Source of the DNA: Heteronotia binoei
Taxonomy: Eukaryota
Direction: 5' to 3'
Length of the DNA: 64,000 nt
Assembly: GCF_032191835.1 (NCBI RefSeq)
Contig: NC_083237.1
Span: 49,848,001 to 49,912,000, forward strand
In this document: piece by piece, positions 9,325 through 23,047 of the stretch
Layout: every line of letters begins with the position of its first letter
Numbering within the stretch: position 1 is the first letter of the stretch
Notes under the pieces: model-generated
Seen by the model: the letters and a program-made list of their open reading frames with translations, nothing else
What the model was told of the DNA's origin: nothing
Databases searched by the model: none
Made by a program: the position numbers and the translations under genes

Positions 9325-11699
9325 GAGATGTACGTTTATCTCCATTCCTTGGAAAGTTTCAGCTGCCCATTTCCACATATTGCGCCTCAGTGCAAGGAAA
9401 TATGCCTCTCTGTTAGTTCTCCCCCCTTCTTGGGCTGTGTCCCCCCCCCCCGCCGCAATCCAGCAATTGTATGCACCCTTACTTCTGAGTAAGGGTGTAT
9501 GGGTGCCTATGATCATGCGGGGTGACAGAATTTTTGTGACCGGCATTATCTCGAGCCTGGCGCATGAATTTCGGAGAAGAGTGGGTGCCACTGGAATTAT
9601 CCTTGAAACAAAAACAAAAAACGGGGGGGGGGGGAGGAAATCTACTCATCCTGAAGCGCAGTGCCATCTGGTCCTCCCCCTCCCATACCCCCTTGGCAAA
9701 AAGTTATGTATTCCGTATCTATGATCTATTAGGAGACTCTCCAGTCGCATCATAAAGACGAGAAGTGCTCTAAGGACTAACTTGTTTATTGTGGCTTTGG
9801 CAGGCGATAGCCTTCTTTATCAGCCGCCGGAAGTGCTGCTTTAGAAGTGTCCCAGCCATCACGGTGTGTTTTGCACACCCGCACCCACCCCTTTTATAGG
9901 AGTCTTTTGTTAGCTCGGGATATCCAGTAGGACATCCCAGCTCACAGGCATGAATGCAGCCAGAAGGTCTCTTGCGCAAGGCTCCTTGGAAGGAAGGGGG
10001 AGGGACGATTCACGGCCTTTGCCTAGCTCTGCATTCCAGCAGGAGCTGGAGAACTTCCAGTGGACCGCTGTCTCTTGGCTCCAGATAAACCGGCTCCAGA
10101 GAAGCTGCGCTAAAGAGAGCGACGAGCCTCGCTTCAGATTTCTTGGGGACTCTTGGCTTCTTGCTGTTGCACAGTAAATAACTTTGTTGTTGTTTTTTTT
10201 CTTTCTGGAGCGGGTCTCAAGAGCCTTCACGTCCAAGAAAACGAGGCGTGTTTGAGCTGGCAACCCCCAGATTCACACACCACCCGGCCGGTGCCGGCAC
10301 ACGATTTCCAACACCTTCAGTGCTTCTGGTTCATATTTCTATGGCTTTACTAGAGACGCTTTTATAGGAATTTGCCGGACAGTTCAAAAAACAAAAACAA
10401 AACCCGAGACTATTCCAGTTAATTCTGGCAAGGTATCAATATTTAGATCTATGAATATTTAAAAGACTGGGACCCAAGTCCCTGGGAAGTTCTCTTGCCT
10501 CTAGACCCATCAGACAAGAATGTTTTTTTCCTTAAAAATGTCAGAGAAGGTGTCTCCAAAAGAGCCATCTCAACATTACCATCCTAAGCAGGTCTGCTCA
10601 GGATCTTAGGAGTGAGGCTTACTCTCAACAAACTGTTCTTAGGATCGTACTTTAATCCAGCATCCTGTCTCTCACGGTGAATGCTATATGCCTCTAGGAA
10701 CCCACAAACTGGAACGCATTAGCCCCCCCCCCCCTGCGCTGCGCTGCTGTCCTTCAGCAAAAGTGTTCAAAGGCACCTTCATTCCGATGTGTCTTGCGCA
10801 GGAGAACTTCACGATGGGATTTTAGTTTTAATGTACAACAGAAGTGAAATAAAATAAAACAGAACTGCTGCGCAGACTTAGGGAGAGGGAGAACTTCCAG
10901 TTCTTTTGCTTCTGGAATACGAACTGGCCATCAAAAGACATCAAAAGTCTAATGGGGGGGGGGAGGATTGAAGGCAATCATAGAAAGTATCAGATTGCCA
11001 GACTCGGCACCCTGCCCACCACATTGAAACCCCTGAATCCAAATTCATTGGGAATACTAGAAACAAAGTCAAAACAGAACAGAGTGAAATTCGGGAGAGC
11101 AAAAAAGCGAGCTGAAAAAGTGAAATTTGCTTTGGAACATCTATCCACACCCCCCCCCCCCAAAAACCCAACTAGACCCCCCCCCCAAGGCTAAATCATG
11201 ACTTCCAGCACTCCACCAGCATTTCTTTTTACTTGTCAAAACTGCACTCGTCTCTACTAAGATGTTTCATGGTTTCTAGAGGGACTTTGCTTACTCCTGA
11301 CTTCAGTTCTCCAATACCCACTATTATTCACACAAATTAAAATCTAGCCTTCCCTCCTCCCAAAACTCATTATTCTTGTGATAGTCCTTCCCAAACTGGA
11401 ATTGAATTTGACCAAGGATCAGCTCTGGAATCTCTTTCGATATCTCCTGTGCCTTCACCTACTTCAGGATTATTCGGCGCCTCCCCACCTCTATGCACCA
11501 CGCCTAGGCGAGCAAGCTCCTTTTCCCTTTGCAAGTCTGTCTACCGCGCAATGCCCCACCTAGGATTTGAAAACAAGACAAAGGATTTTAGAACAAGAAG
11601 GGCCCCGGGCAGGACTCGCATTGCAATTTGGGGGCACTTGAGTTGGAGTTGTCCCACCTAAACCAACTGAATGGAGGCGCAAGTGAGTGGAGGGATCGG

Positions 11700-11820
11700 T
11701 CAGAACAGTTAAGATTCGAGTCCAGTAGCACAGTAAACACCAACGAGAGTTTAAAGGGACAAGTTTTCGAGGATCAAAAGCTCCTTACAGTCTACTGGAC
11801 TCAGATCCAGCTGTTCTACT
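11700..11820. mobile_element. inverted pair of Penelope-like element ends (degenerate)
   Basis: cagaacagttaagattcgagtccagtag is inverted against ctactggactcagatccagctgttctac. Same sequence type as 13293 and 14495. Confidence 0.5.
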
Positions 11821-12936
11821 GCAAGCCTACCGGGCTGCCCTCTGAAACTATCGGTCAGGAGTTTCTCCAGTGCCATCTCCGTTCAAAGGAATGAGCTCTT
11901 GATCAACTCCCGTTTGCAGAACAAAATAGGAGTCAATTGCACCTTCATGACTAACTTAATTTGCATTCAGCATTGCATCTTGCAGACTTTGGACAAATTT
12001 GGACAAAGATCTGAGTGTATCTTTTTGGGAGATAATGGAAATGAAACGTTCCTCCAAGAAAGGGGTTAAGTATTTAGGTCAGTAGTCTATGAACTACAGT
12101 ATTTTATTATGTTGTTTCTTCTTGGAGCAGGACTCTTGAGAGGCGGCATATTGCATTTTTCTAATAGATACTTCAGCCTAGGGTGGTGGAAGTCCAAAAG
12201 CGCTGTTACCTCTATGCTGGTAGGACCCAGTTGCTAGAACAGGGAGGAAGGGAATTGGGTTTAAGTTGCTTTTTGGACCCAAACAAGACGCCAATAGTTC
12301 AGTAGGTTCAAGCGTTTTGGTATAACTTGGGTCGAGGACCTGGGATGTATAGACAAAACTGTGTGTGTGAGACTGTGTGTGTCTCGCCTGACCCTTATTC
12401 TGCAGGACAGACCCTGTTTCTGAAGGTCTGCAAGTACCGAGAAGATTTATATCAAGAAGAGACTTCCCCACTGGAGATAGCAAAATCTTATGCAGTTTGT
12501 CGCTATGGGCTTCGGAGGATTCCATTCCACCGGTGCCTTTTAGAGCGCTTCTGAAGCTCTTTACATTCTCATTCACGGGTAAAACAGAAAAGCAGGTAAT
12601 GATCGATTGAGAGCAACGCAAGCGAGAAACGACGGATTTTACCATCACGCTTCAAGTTCTGGTGCTTCCGGCGCAATCCTCTGCAGAGTTACACCTTTCT
12701 AAATCTATTGACCTCAATGGATTTAGGATGGTGTCATTGAGCTCCGGTGTGTGGTGTGGTTGAGCTACTAAGTTGCGAGTGCGAAACCTGTAGGCTAGAT
12801 TCTTCTCCCTTAATCACGTTCATACCCGGCACAAAACGCGCAAAGACACTTTTTTAGTCTCCCCTGTAGAACGCCCAGGATGCCTTAATAGGGGTGGACC
12901 TGCGGCGCAATAGATTCGGATACACCCTCAGTGTGT

Positions 12937-13068
12937 AAATAATGCACTTTCAATCCACTTTCAATGCACTTTTCAACTGGATCTCACTGTGTGAGCTGGC
13001 AAAATCCAGTTGGAAAGTGCATTGGAAGTCGATTGAAAGTGCATTATTTAGTGTGTGTGATCGCAGCC
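12937..13068. mobile_element. palindromic MITE-like element, 47-bp arms
   Basis: Arms 12937-12982 and 13004-13050 differ at about 3 positions. The right end gtgtgtgatcgcagcc has no left counterpart. Confidence 0.7.
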
Positions 13069-13292
13069 ATTGGGTGTCTTGCTCTGGCATAGCTCTCGAT
13101 CCTTGGAAGGAAATTCGCCCAGGAGAACGTCTCCCTGGATCGGGCCCTCTGTATTAAACCCTGGGGGGGGGGGAAGCCTCACTGACACTCATGGAATTTA
13201 AGTCCACCTTCAGTATCCACCTAAGCAGAATCACACCTCAAAGTCAGAGGTCTCCGAAGGATGTTAATTCCTTGGGGGTTATTTATTCGTGT

Positions 13293-13385
13293 CAGAGGTT
13301 AGCCGTGTTGATCTGAAATCGGACAGTCAGATTCGAGTGCAGTAGTACCTTACAGACCAGCACCATTTTCGGGGTATAAGCTTTT
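13293..13385 (+). mobile_element. Penelope-like terminal fragment
   Basis: gttagccgtgttgatctg..gagtgcagtagtacctta..tataagcttt resembles 14500-14595. Confidence 0.45.
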
Positions 13386-14494
13386 ACTTTATTTATAGCC
13401 CGACTTTCTAGCTGAGACCCAAGAAGGATCACAAAACAAAAGACCCATTCAGTTGGAGAAGCATAGGATTGCGCTGTCAGTCATCAGTTTCAGTGGGATT
13501 TGCATGCAGGTTAATGTGTCTTATCACCGAGTTCATAAAACGACGACAGGGGTTTTGCAAGGAAGAAAAAAAGCCGAGCGCGTTTTCAGAGCATTCTCTG
13601 CGATTAATAGGCCTTAATAACCAGAGATATAAGGGACTCCTGAGGAATCCTGGCAGGTCGTCTGAAACCACTGATGGTGGGGGAGGCGGCTGTCCTCCCT
13701 CAACGATTCCCCTGCGAGTTGCGCCGGAGAGACCTTTGCTCTGACGCATTAAGGCGCAATCCTTACACGCTTAGGATCCCCAACACGTGTCCTTGAAAAG
13801 TTAAGCCTATCGATTTAAAAGGAAACTGCGTTCTCAGGTCATTGGAAAGAGTTTACTTGAAAGTAAGTTCATTTGAAATCAGGAGGGTTTCTTACCCGGC
13901 ATGTTTGTTCTGGATTTAGGTTTTAACTGTGAGTCGGATTGCGGTCCAACACAGGACTGGGCAGATCCCCAATACGGACCCCTTTAAAAAGAACCTTTGA
14001 ACTGGGATGGAGAGTTTTGCCTCTGCCTGGTGTGAGCGGTGTTTCCTTACAGAAGAGGGAAACGAATGTCATAGGGCCTTCCCTAGGTTGGGTTCTCTCC
14101 TCTTCTCTAAGGCAAGGGAAGGAATATTTACGCTCTGCAAAACAAACGGCTAAAAAACCCAGTGCCAAAAGTCTGAGCTTTGAAAACCGGAAAGAGTTCA
14201 GAAGGAGAGGAAGACTAAAAAAGAACACCACATTTGCCGTCCACATTTGCAAGGAAAGTTGCATGCGTCGAATTGTTTCTTTCAAAAATAAAAACAAAAC
14301 CCTCTTTCGGCAATGGACGCTGCTTTCAAGTCAGTTTGCAAGAACTTTGGGCTCCGAATAGCGGAAGTAAATGGCGCTCGTGCCTAACTTCTCGGGGCGT
14401 TTACGTCTCGGTCTGTGAGAGTGACTACTCGGGAACAAGTAACGGGGACCTCGACGAGCTTGGCTTCCCAAAACTACATGCTTCGTATAGGTTG

Positions 14495-14678
14495 ATCCAG
14501 GTGGGCAGCCGTGTTGGTCTGAAGCAGTAGAACGAAGTTGGGAGTCCGGTAGCACCTTTAAGACCAATAAAGTTTTCATCAGAATATAAGCTTTCTTACA
14601 GGGAAGCCTGCCTTCTGAATAAAGCTTTGTTGGTCTTAAAGTTGCTACTGGACTCCCAACTTCGTTCTACATGCTTCA
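14495..14678. mobile_element. inverted pair of Penelope-like element ends
   Basis: The ~60-bp arms 14520-14584 and 14613-14678 (gtagaacgaagttgggagtcc.gtagca.ctttaagaccaa.aaag) are reverse complements with few mismatches. Confidence 0.6.
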
Positions 14679-16256
14679 TAATTGGGGCTGTAAATCTATG
14701 AATGGAGATTGGCCACAATTAACAATTCACTCCGGAACAGTCCAATTAGCCCGGGCAGGACTTTGGAGGTATAAATAGATGGTGGATTTGAATAACAACA
14801 GCAAAACCCGACATTTCCCCGGTTGCACAGATGAAGTCTAACAACAACAACAACAAAAACACAATCAAGGCTGACTCACAACCTCGTCAAGCCAGCCCAG
14901 TTCCTTTTTAAGCAAGGGAAGTTAACTCCTGGAATCTAAGTCTTCTCAGGTACTCCTGGATTCAAATGTTGCTGTCCATAACTAGAATCACTTTTTCCTC
15001 CCCAAACCACCATTGATTTCAGGAGGATTTGCCTGCGAATAGGTATCCTTAGAAGGGCCGAGACTTTAAATAGGATTTCAGGCATCAGCAACGCAGTTGA
15101 ATTAAGTTTATGATCCGGTTTGTAAGGCAGGAAGGGGGAAATGGCAGGAGCTCTTGAGTATTCTAAAATAGGCTACGCCAGGCCATTTCAAACCAACTGA
15201 AACCAGGGTTTGGGGGAAGGTGGATAGGATCGGGCAGGAGGAGGCGAAGAAGAGGGAAGAGCAGAAGAAGTGGCTCTGTCCCCATTCCAGTTTTATTTCT
15301 GCCTGCCATCTATGTACATGGAGCTTTTGTTTATTTCTGTCCATTTGGAAGTAAGAAAGAGAAGACCAGTTCTTACCTGAAGCTGCCTCCACGACGCTGG
15401 CCACTAAAACGAAGGGCAACAGAAATGTTTTTGCAGAATTAAATAAATAAATAAATGTTGGTCTTCTTGCGAAATTTGAAAAACAACATCCTAATCCTTG
15501 CAGGGAGGAGAGAGATCCCGCCGCCACGCCAACGCACCGGCCTTGTGTAAAAGACAACGGGCCATAACTTTAGCAAATCCAATCCCTGAAGTTCACTATA
15601 CTTCCTTTTGTTCGTCTTCTTTGGGGGCAATCTTGCTCTTTGTTCCTTCCCCGGCGTCCTGGGCCTTAATTATTTCCCCAAATGGGATACTATGTTTTTT
15701 AAAAAGACATCCTGCCCCTACCTCCCCCCCATCCCTCCCACCTTTCTGAGAGCAAGACTTACAGTCAGAACTTCCAGTGAAACAATAGTTTAGGAATCTA
15801 ATACCTGTTTGGATCCGATTTGGGGCTCACACACTAACCACACCGTTTTATGGACTGTTGTTCCATCTCTCCTCATAATGGAGCTTTAAATAATGCTGGG
15901 TTCTCCTTGCTAGGCATGTATTTTGGTTGGTTTTGATTCTCTCCCTCTACCCCACCGCACCCCCCCCCCCCCACTCCCTTTTTGGATTGTAAAATGGTGA
16001 GGTTAGAGAGTCTGCACGCTGGTTTTTCAGGGCATCTCGACTGACCTTAATTTCCACCGTAGCTGGCGAATATCAAATGGACTTGTAGGCAGCAACAAAG
16101 CTATTTATTCAAGGTATGTTCACTAGGACCTGGGACTTCTGGTAGCACTTGCGTCCACCACAGTCCGCATTCCAACGGAATCGAAGTAGCTGGATCACAG
16201 AGCGACTTACTACCGCCGCTGTTACTGCGGTCACTAACCACAGCAATAATTGCAAT

Positions 16257-16616
16257 CAGGGCTGGATTAACAATTAGGCCAAGTAGACACAGGCTATGGG
16301 CCCCCATGCCTTTAGGGGCCCCGGGCTGGCTTCCCCCCCCCTGCTTGCAGCTCTCCCAGCCTGTACGCGCAGCCAGCAACTGAGCCCCTCTTTGCCCAAC
16401 TTGCCTGGTGCGGCTGCCGCTGGTGTTGTTGCCAAGTTTGCAACTCTCTGCCTCTCCCTTGAAGCTTAGTAAAAGGGGCTTTTGAGAAGGTGCCTGCAGG
16501 TTGCAGTGGGGGCCATGGGCGGTGGGGCCAGTGCTCAGACTCTGAGATAATTTGCGAGGGGCCCCTCCAAGATTTCAACTGCCTATGGGGCCTCCACAGG
16601 GTTTAATCCAGCGCTG
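16257..16616. mobile_element. non-autonomous hAT element, 360 bp
   Basis: TIRs cagggctggattaa / ttaatccagcgctg. TSD attgcaat / gttgcaat (7/8). Confidence 0.8.
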
Positions 16617-17339
16617 GTTGCAATACACAGATTTCTCAGGCGGGCACCAGTGCTCCAAATTTAATTCACTGGAGGGAAACCTCACCGACTTCAGCAGAAC
16701 TTCAGGGACGACTCTTCAGGATTTCCATCGGGCTTTCGCAGGAAACCTTCCCACTTTTAGTTTCTGTTCCGGGGTCTGAATCCTCTAACTGCATCCATTC
16801 AAAAGATCAATTTAAACCAGTGCCACTCATGGGGTCAGTAAAGAGGGTGGCTGTATGCACCCGCTATTTCATAACTTATTCAAACACAGAAGCCAGCCTT
16901 AGAACTACGACGAGTGCTAATTCTCAACAGAGCGATGGCTTGGATCTGTATCAGTTCCAAGAACACTGTTTTTCCTTATTTCAGAAATTATTTTCGTTGT
17001 TCCCGCAGCACTGGAGGAAATTCGATTTGGGTCGATTCCCCCTTGTCCCCAGTCCTCGGAGCATTTACTCCAGAGAAAGTCCTACTGAATAAGCAACAGC
17101 GATTAGCTTCCAGTTTTTGGAATCCAGCAAGCCATAATACTCCGGAGCAATCCTATTACCTGAAAGGGTTGACTGAAGCTTTGAATACTTAAAATGGTTA
17201 GCTTATATTGATTTTATTTACTTCGTTTCAAGGCAATATGCCACACACCCTTACTTAAGAAGAGGCCAACATTGAACAGTTGAACAGTTTGCTCTTCTTA
17301 CTTCCGGAGTGAAATGGGATAGTATTGAACTTTCAAATG

Positions 17340-19110
17340 TGGTGTTGCCTGCAGTGTTCCCTCTAAGCTGAGTTAGTGTGAGCTAGCTCACAGGTTTTTG
17401 GCTCACACATTTTTGTCTTAGCTCAGGAAAAATGGCCCCAGAGCAAACTAAATCATGCAGTAGCTCACAACTTTAATGCCAGTAGCTCATGAAGCAGGAT
17501 TTTTGCTCACAAGACTCCACAGCATAGAGGGAGTATTGGTTGCCTCCTAGCTCTGGGATTCAGAGGATTAGTGCTTCTGGATGTGGACGTTCCCCTCTGT
17601 CAGTAGCCATTTTGATAGACTTATCCCCTGAATCTATCTAATCCACCTTTAAAGCTGTTTGTTCCTGTGACCTTCACTATCTCCTCTGGCAGCAAATCCC
17701 ACGTTTTAATCATTCATTATGTAAAGTGGCATTTCCTTTTGTCTGTCCTGAACCTACTGCCCATCAGCTTCATTGGATACCCTTGAGTTCTAGAATTTTG
17801 GGAGAGGGAGAAAAAGTTTTCTTTGTCAGTTCTCGCCACTCCTTGCATAATGTTATAAAACTCTATCATGCCCCCATATTAGTCTCTTTTCTAAGCTTAA
17901 AAGTCCCAGACGTTTCAGACTTTCCTCATAGGGAAGGTGTTCCAACTCCCCCCCCACCTAATCATCTTGGTTTGCCTTCCTTTGAACTTCTTCAATGTTG
18001 TTTTTGAAATATTGTATACAGTATTGCAAATGAGGCTGCACCATACATCTATACACTACAATATTGGCCATTTTATTTTCATTCTGTAGCACAGAGTTTG
18101 CCTTTTTCACTGCTTCAGCACACTGAGTTGTCACTTTCATTGAGCTATCCACTAGCACCAACTCAAGATCTTTCTCCTTCTCAGTCTCAGCAAGTTCAGA
18201 CCCTGTTAGCCTATACTTGAAATTGGGATTTTTTTTCTTACCCTTACCAACAGTGAACTTCATTTGCAATGTTATTGTCCACTCACCTGGTTTGTGGAGG
18301 TGCTTCATAGTCAGCCTTAATTTTCGCCGTCCTGAATAATTTTGTATCATCTGCAAATCTGGCCACTACAATACTAACCCCTAGTTCCAGATCATTTAGG
18401 AATAAATACGACCACCCCAAAATGATCATTGTGGGACACCACTGCTTACTTTCTCCATTGTGAGAAATGCCCATTGATTCCTACTCTTTGCTTCCTGTCG
18501 TTTAACCAGAAACTTGTCCTCTCAGCCCATGACTGCTAAGTTTACTCAGGAGTCTTTGTTGAGGTACTTTGTCAAAAGCCTTTTGAAAGTCCAGGTATAT
18601 AATGTCTACCAGGCCACCATTGTCTATATGCTTGTTTACTTTCTCAAAGAACTCCAAAAGGTTGGTAAGGCAGGACTTTCCTTTGCAGAAGCCATGCTCA
18701 TTTTCCCTCAGCAAGTTTTGTCCCTCTATATACCTAACAATTCTATCTTTCATTACAGTTTCTACTAATTTGCCTGGGACAGATTTTAGGCTGACTGGCC
18801 TGTAATTTTCTGGTTCACCTCTGGATCCCTTTTTAAAAATTGGCATTACATTTGCTATTTTCTAGTCTTCTGATACATTGGCTGAATTTAGTGATAGGTT
18901 ACATGTAGGAGTTAGTAGATCAACTATCTCACATCTGAGTTCCTCAGCATATACCATCATGACCTGCAGACTTATCATTTTTTTATTTTTTCGGTAGATC
19001 AAGAACTTCATCTCTGGTCACCTCAATTTGGCTCAGTTCTTCAGACTCTCTTTCCAAAAACAGGGGCTGTGGCATGAGTAGGTGCCCCACACTTTCTCCC
19101 TCTCTGGAAA
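17340..19110 (-). mobile_element. decayed CR1 LINE (RT region and 3'UTR)
   Basis: Minus-strand ORF fragments PIFKKGSRGEPENYRPVSL..HGFCKGKSCLTNLLEFF..YLDFQKAFDKVP, FADDTKLF and EKEKDLE..QCAEAVKKAN are CR1-type. Many frameshifts. Confidence 0.9.
17352..17538. mobile_element. MITE family A, copy 3, inserted in the CR1 3'UTR
   Basis: TIRs cagtgttccctctaagct / agcatagagggagtattg. TSD gttgcctg / gttgcctc (7/8). Confidence 0.85.
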
Positions 19111-22100
19111 TGCTGTCTGCTAACTTAAATCTACCTGGGAGGGCGGGGGAAAGGAAAAGCTGGTTCCAAAACAACTCAAATTAAACTTCTGTAGCCTTCT
19201 CCCTTTTCCTGACTTTCCCTAGCAGTTTTTTTTCCTCTCCCACCCAGCCCCCAAGCAGGCCTCTAACTTTACAAGGGATCTCTCACTGCTTTATTAACTG
19301 CTAAGATTATAAACCTCTCTCGGAATCCTGTTTTTGAAACTAAGGGCCAGTTTCAACTCTGGAGCGCTGCCCACATGTGTAAATTGTTTTGCTTCCCTCC
19401 AGACAAGGAATTTTCTCTCCTTCCCTCCCTTCCTCCTTCTCTTTCCCTCCCTCCACTTTCATAGAAATAAAAACACACCTCCAAAACGGTAGCATTCAAA
19501 ATCCTGACCTAGCACAGGAAATGGGGGGAGGGGAGAGAGAGAGAAGGTAGTTTTCTATTTTTTTTTAAAAAAGCAAAGTGTGTGGGGGGGGTAAAAACAA
19601 AATAAGGCTTTGCAGGCAGGACTTCTCCCCCACACTAACCTCCAGACCAATGTTCCTTTCATAACCCAGAAAAGACTGGTGGGAACGAATAATTTCTAGT
19701 CTGTTTGCTACAATTTTTCATTGTTTCCTAGCTTGTTTGCTTGTTTTAAAAAATCAATGGGTTTTAGGCTGCAAAGTGCACAATAGAATTGGAGGGTGTG
19801 GGATTTGAGACTCCTAACAAGTCACAAGTCATTTCATCAGAAACCACTGAGTTTAAGCCTATTCAAACCGTTAGCTTAAGCACCTCTACGTGGGTGAAAT
19901 CGAAGTTTTTGGAAGGAAGGAATATCGCATGGTTAGGCTGCAATCACTTTTCCGGGAAGAAATGCCCTTGATTGCAGTGTGTGTGGGGGGGTGGCTTCAG
20001 TGCCCCCTCCCCAAGCCTCCGGTGGCGTTATCACCCCTGTCCAAAAAGGTCGCTGTGATTTCGGTGGCTCACGAAAGCCACCGCTTCAAAATAGCCCTCC
20101 GCCAGCCGGACTGCTCCAGAATGTAAATGGATTTGGCTGGAGACTTCGGAATTGCAACCCCAGCAAATTGACTTGGAAGTCAAATCAAAAGGGACTTAAC
20201 TTCCAATCAAAGGTATTTGTACGCTTCAATTAGAGTCGGCTGGGCCTTCAGCCCTATCCGATTGCAGCCGGGCTTGTTCTTTCTAAGCAGTAGACTATTT
20301 TGCAATCTCAAAATAGCCTTAAATCTTAGTGTTTCGACCTAACCCGATTGTGAAGTCTGCAAAAGGTGTTTGAAGGGGGGTGGGTGGGTGGGTTCTACCT
20401 CGCCCAGGTTTCCTAATTTACTTTACATAGAAGTTAGTCCTGCTGCTGTTCTGGAATAAGATGGTCTCGGCCATCTTGGGAAAAGAAAACTGGTTTTATC
20501 AACTATCTATGTATTGGTCAAATAATCTCTGTATAAGACTATTATCAAGAGAATCTTTCCATTGTTCTAAGAATCCACCTTTTCCTGGTGGCAATAGTTT
20601 CTGGTAAGAATTGAGTTATGCAAGAGGTGGACCTCAGGTATCATAATTCATCAAAACAGCGCAGGAATTATAATTCATTAGACCTCGTCTAATATAATTC
20701 ATCAAAACAGGGTTGTGGGGGTTATGACTGGCTTGGCAAACTGTTTTAGTTTTAGAAAGTGACCTTTTAAGAAACCGACACAAATTCGGGATGTCAAACA
20801 AATATATATATATATATGAAGATGCAACCATGGCGATTGTTACTTTCTCGAAGACATTGTGTATTGCAAACCCCCTCCCCCACCAGTCCCGAAAAATATA
20901 TTTTTAAACGACTCATCTGTGCGATATCCAAGAAACCAGTCCCTTTGAAGCATTCAATTGTAAGGCAGCCTTTTATATAGCTGACTGTGGAAGTTCGGTT
21001 TATTTAGTAGATGCACCAAAAGTAGTTAAAACTATCGAAGCAATTAACCTTTGAAACTGGCCCAAACCGGATGTAGTTTGAGCCTAGATCCGGAGTATGT
21101 TTTGGATCGAAAGCAAAACCCAGCCATTTGGACCTCTATTCCTGTTGATTTCGGCGTGGTGTAAACCGTTCAACATGAAGTTCTTCGACAGCAGAACTGC
21201 GTTGTGGACTGAAGACTGAAATATCTTTTGGGGGGAGTGGGGGGAGTCTTTACAAACAGCTACCCTCCCGCAGTCCTGCTATAAAAAACCCTTTAAGATG
21301 ACAACGTCTGGGGATGTTCCCGTTTGGTCCTTGCAAAGAATTGGGACTGTGTTTGGTTTCTTTTCTTTAATCAAAATCCTCGGTCTGGTTCCTTTAAGGA
21401 ACGATACCTCTTAAACAGTGCAAATAAACCGGCCCCCCCCCCAACAAATGCGTTTGTGAACAATAAAAGATCACTTCCTTTCCAAACAGAACTTCCAGGC
21501 ACTGCAGCCTGGTATTCAGCCTCCCTCAACAGGATGTGAAAGATGACATCCACGGCCATGCAGCCTTTTAAAAGAGGAGAAGAGGCGGAAATTAATATAT
21601 CCCTGGATAAAACTGCAAAACCGGGGACGGTATGTATGGCTTTTGCAGGGCTTCTTGTGTGGCTGAGGGGCACTGGGGGAATCTTGGAGGGCCCAGGGCT
21701 CTGCTTCGAGGTCGCTCTCCTGAAGTCATTTTGGTATGAATTTATCTACTCCGCAAAATTATATACTCAACCGCTGACATGCCTCATAATTATTTATACG
21801 AGGTGTCCGAGGATTCCCCCCCTCAAGAATATATTTATTACAGGTAAAACACGGACAATTTATCTTGCAAAACGCGGAACAGGTGTCTCCTTTCCATTAA
21901 CGTTCAGTAAATTTCATAGCTACTTAATTCTAACAACCCCCCTCCCCTCAGAACAACAACCCAAAATGTCTGCTTATTCCTCCCACCAGCTCGTCTTTTC
22001 CTCTCTTACATCAGTTTTCTCCTGTTTTTTACCCAGTCCAAAGAAAAAGAGAGGCCCTCGCCTCGCCTCGAGTTGATATTTTATTTTTTAAAAAACCAAC

Positions 22101-23047
22101 CATTTCTGGAAGGCCACAAAACTCAATATATGTTTGATGTTAAGGAATTTTACATCTATCCTGCTATCATCCGGATGGCCCTCTTATTAAAACCGCCTGC
22201 TCTGCTAAGGCGAAGGCCTGGAGTGATTCTTTTTTCTCTACCGGAAAGAGATGGAGAAAGGGAGAATTATATTAGGATTTTGAAAACTCCCCTAACACTT
22301 GGTTTTTAGCTTTAAAGGCATCCGGGGTCTTTCAAATGGCAACTAAAGTCTCTGTAATACTGGAGGAAGTGTGTGTGCTCACCAAAGTTCACACCTTGAA
22401 GAAAACGTTGTTGAGCTTATAGGTGCCCCTGGACTCAAAATTTGTTCCAATACTGGAGAAGTTTTGTTCTGTTTGTAAGTTAGCGAAATCTGCCAGCCCA
22501 CAGACCCTCCGTAGTACTTATAAAAGCCACGTTTTATCAACGTTTCCCCAAAGAAGGAGGTTTTGTATATATTACCAAGATTGCCCCAGGAATAAACTAA
22601 GGCGGGCAGAGCCATAGCAGTTGGATGGTCAAGATCCAAACGCTGGCTTAAAAAGCAAGTCGAACTGGGATTTCTTGAAGCTCATACAAATTCTGCAATT
22701 GGTCCAAAGTTGGTAATCCAGAAGGTTGGAATTACTTTATTGGTTTTGATGGTTGTATTGTTGCAATAGAGTTTTCTAGTTGGGTAGGGGAGTGACCCTC
22801 TCAAAGTAAAGCACTTTCAAACCCCATTTATTTCAGTGGGAAAGTTAGTCAGGAAATTCACTCTCCCTCTCAAAGCAGCGGGACAAAATGTGCTCAGTTT
22901 TGAACCTATATCAAGTTCTCCCCCGGCTAAAGTGTATCAAAATAGGCATAGGAGGCAGACAGATTCCAGGTGGCGTTTCAGGTGCTGCTTGAAATTTTCA
23001 ACAGAAGAAGAAGGCGACTTTGCCTATTGATATGTTTGTCTGGTTCG

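Noticed and set aside
22960-22980. CTCF-like ttccaggtggcgtt
   Set aside because: The 5' half of the motif is poorly matched.
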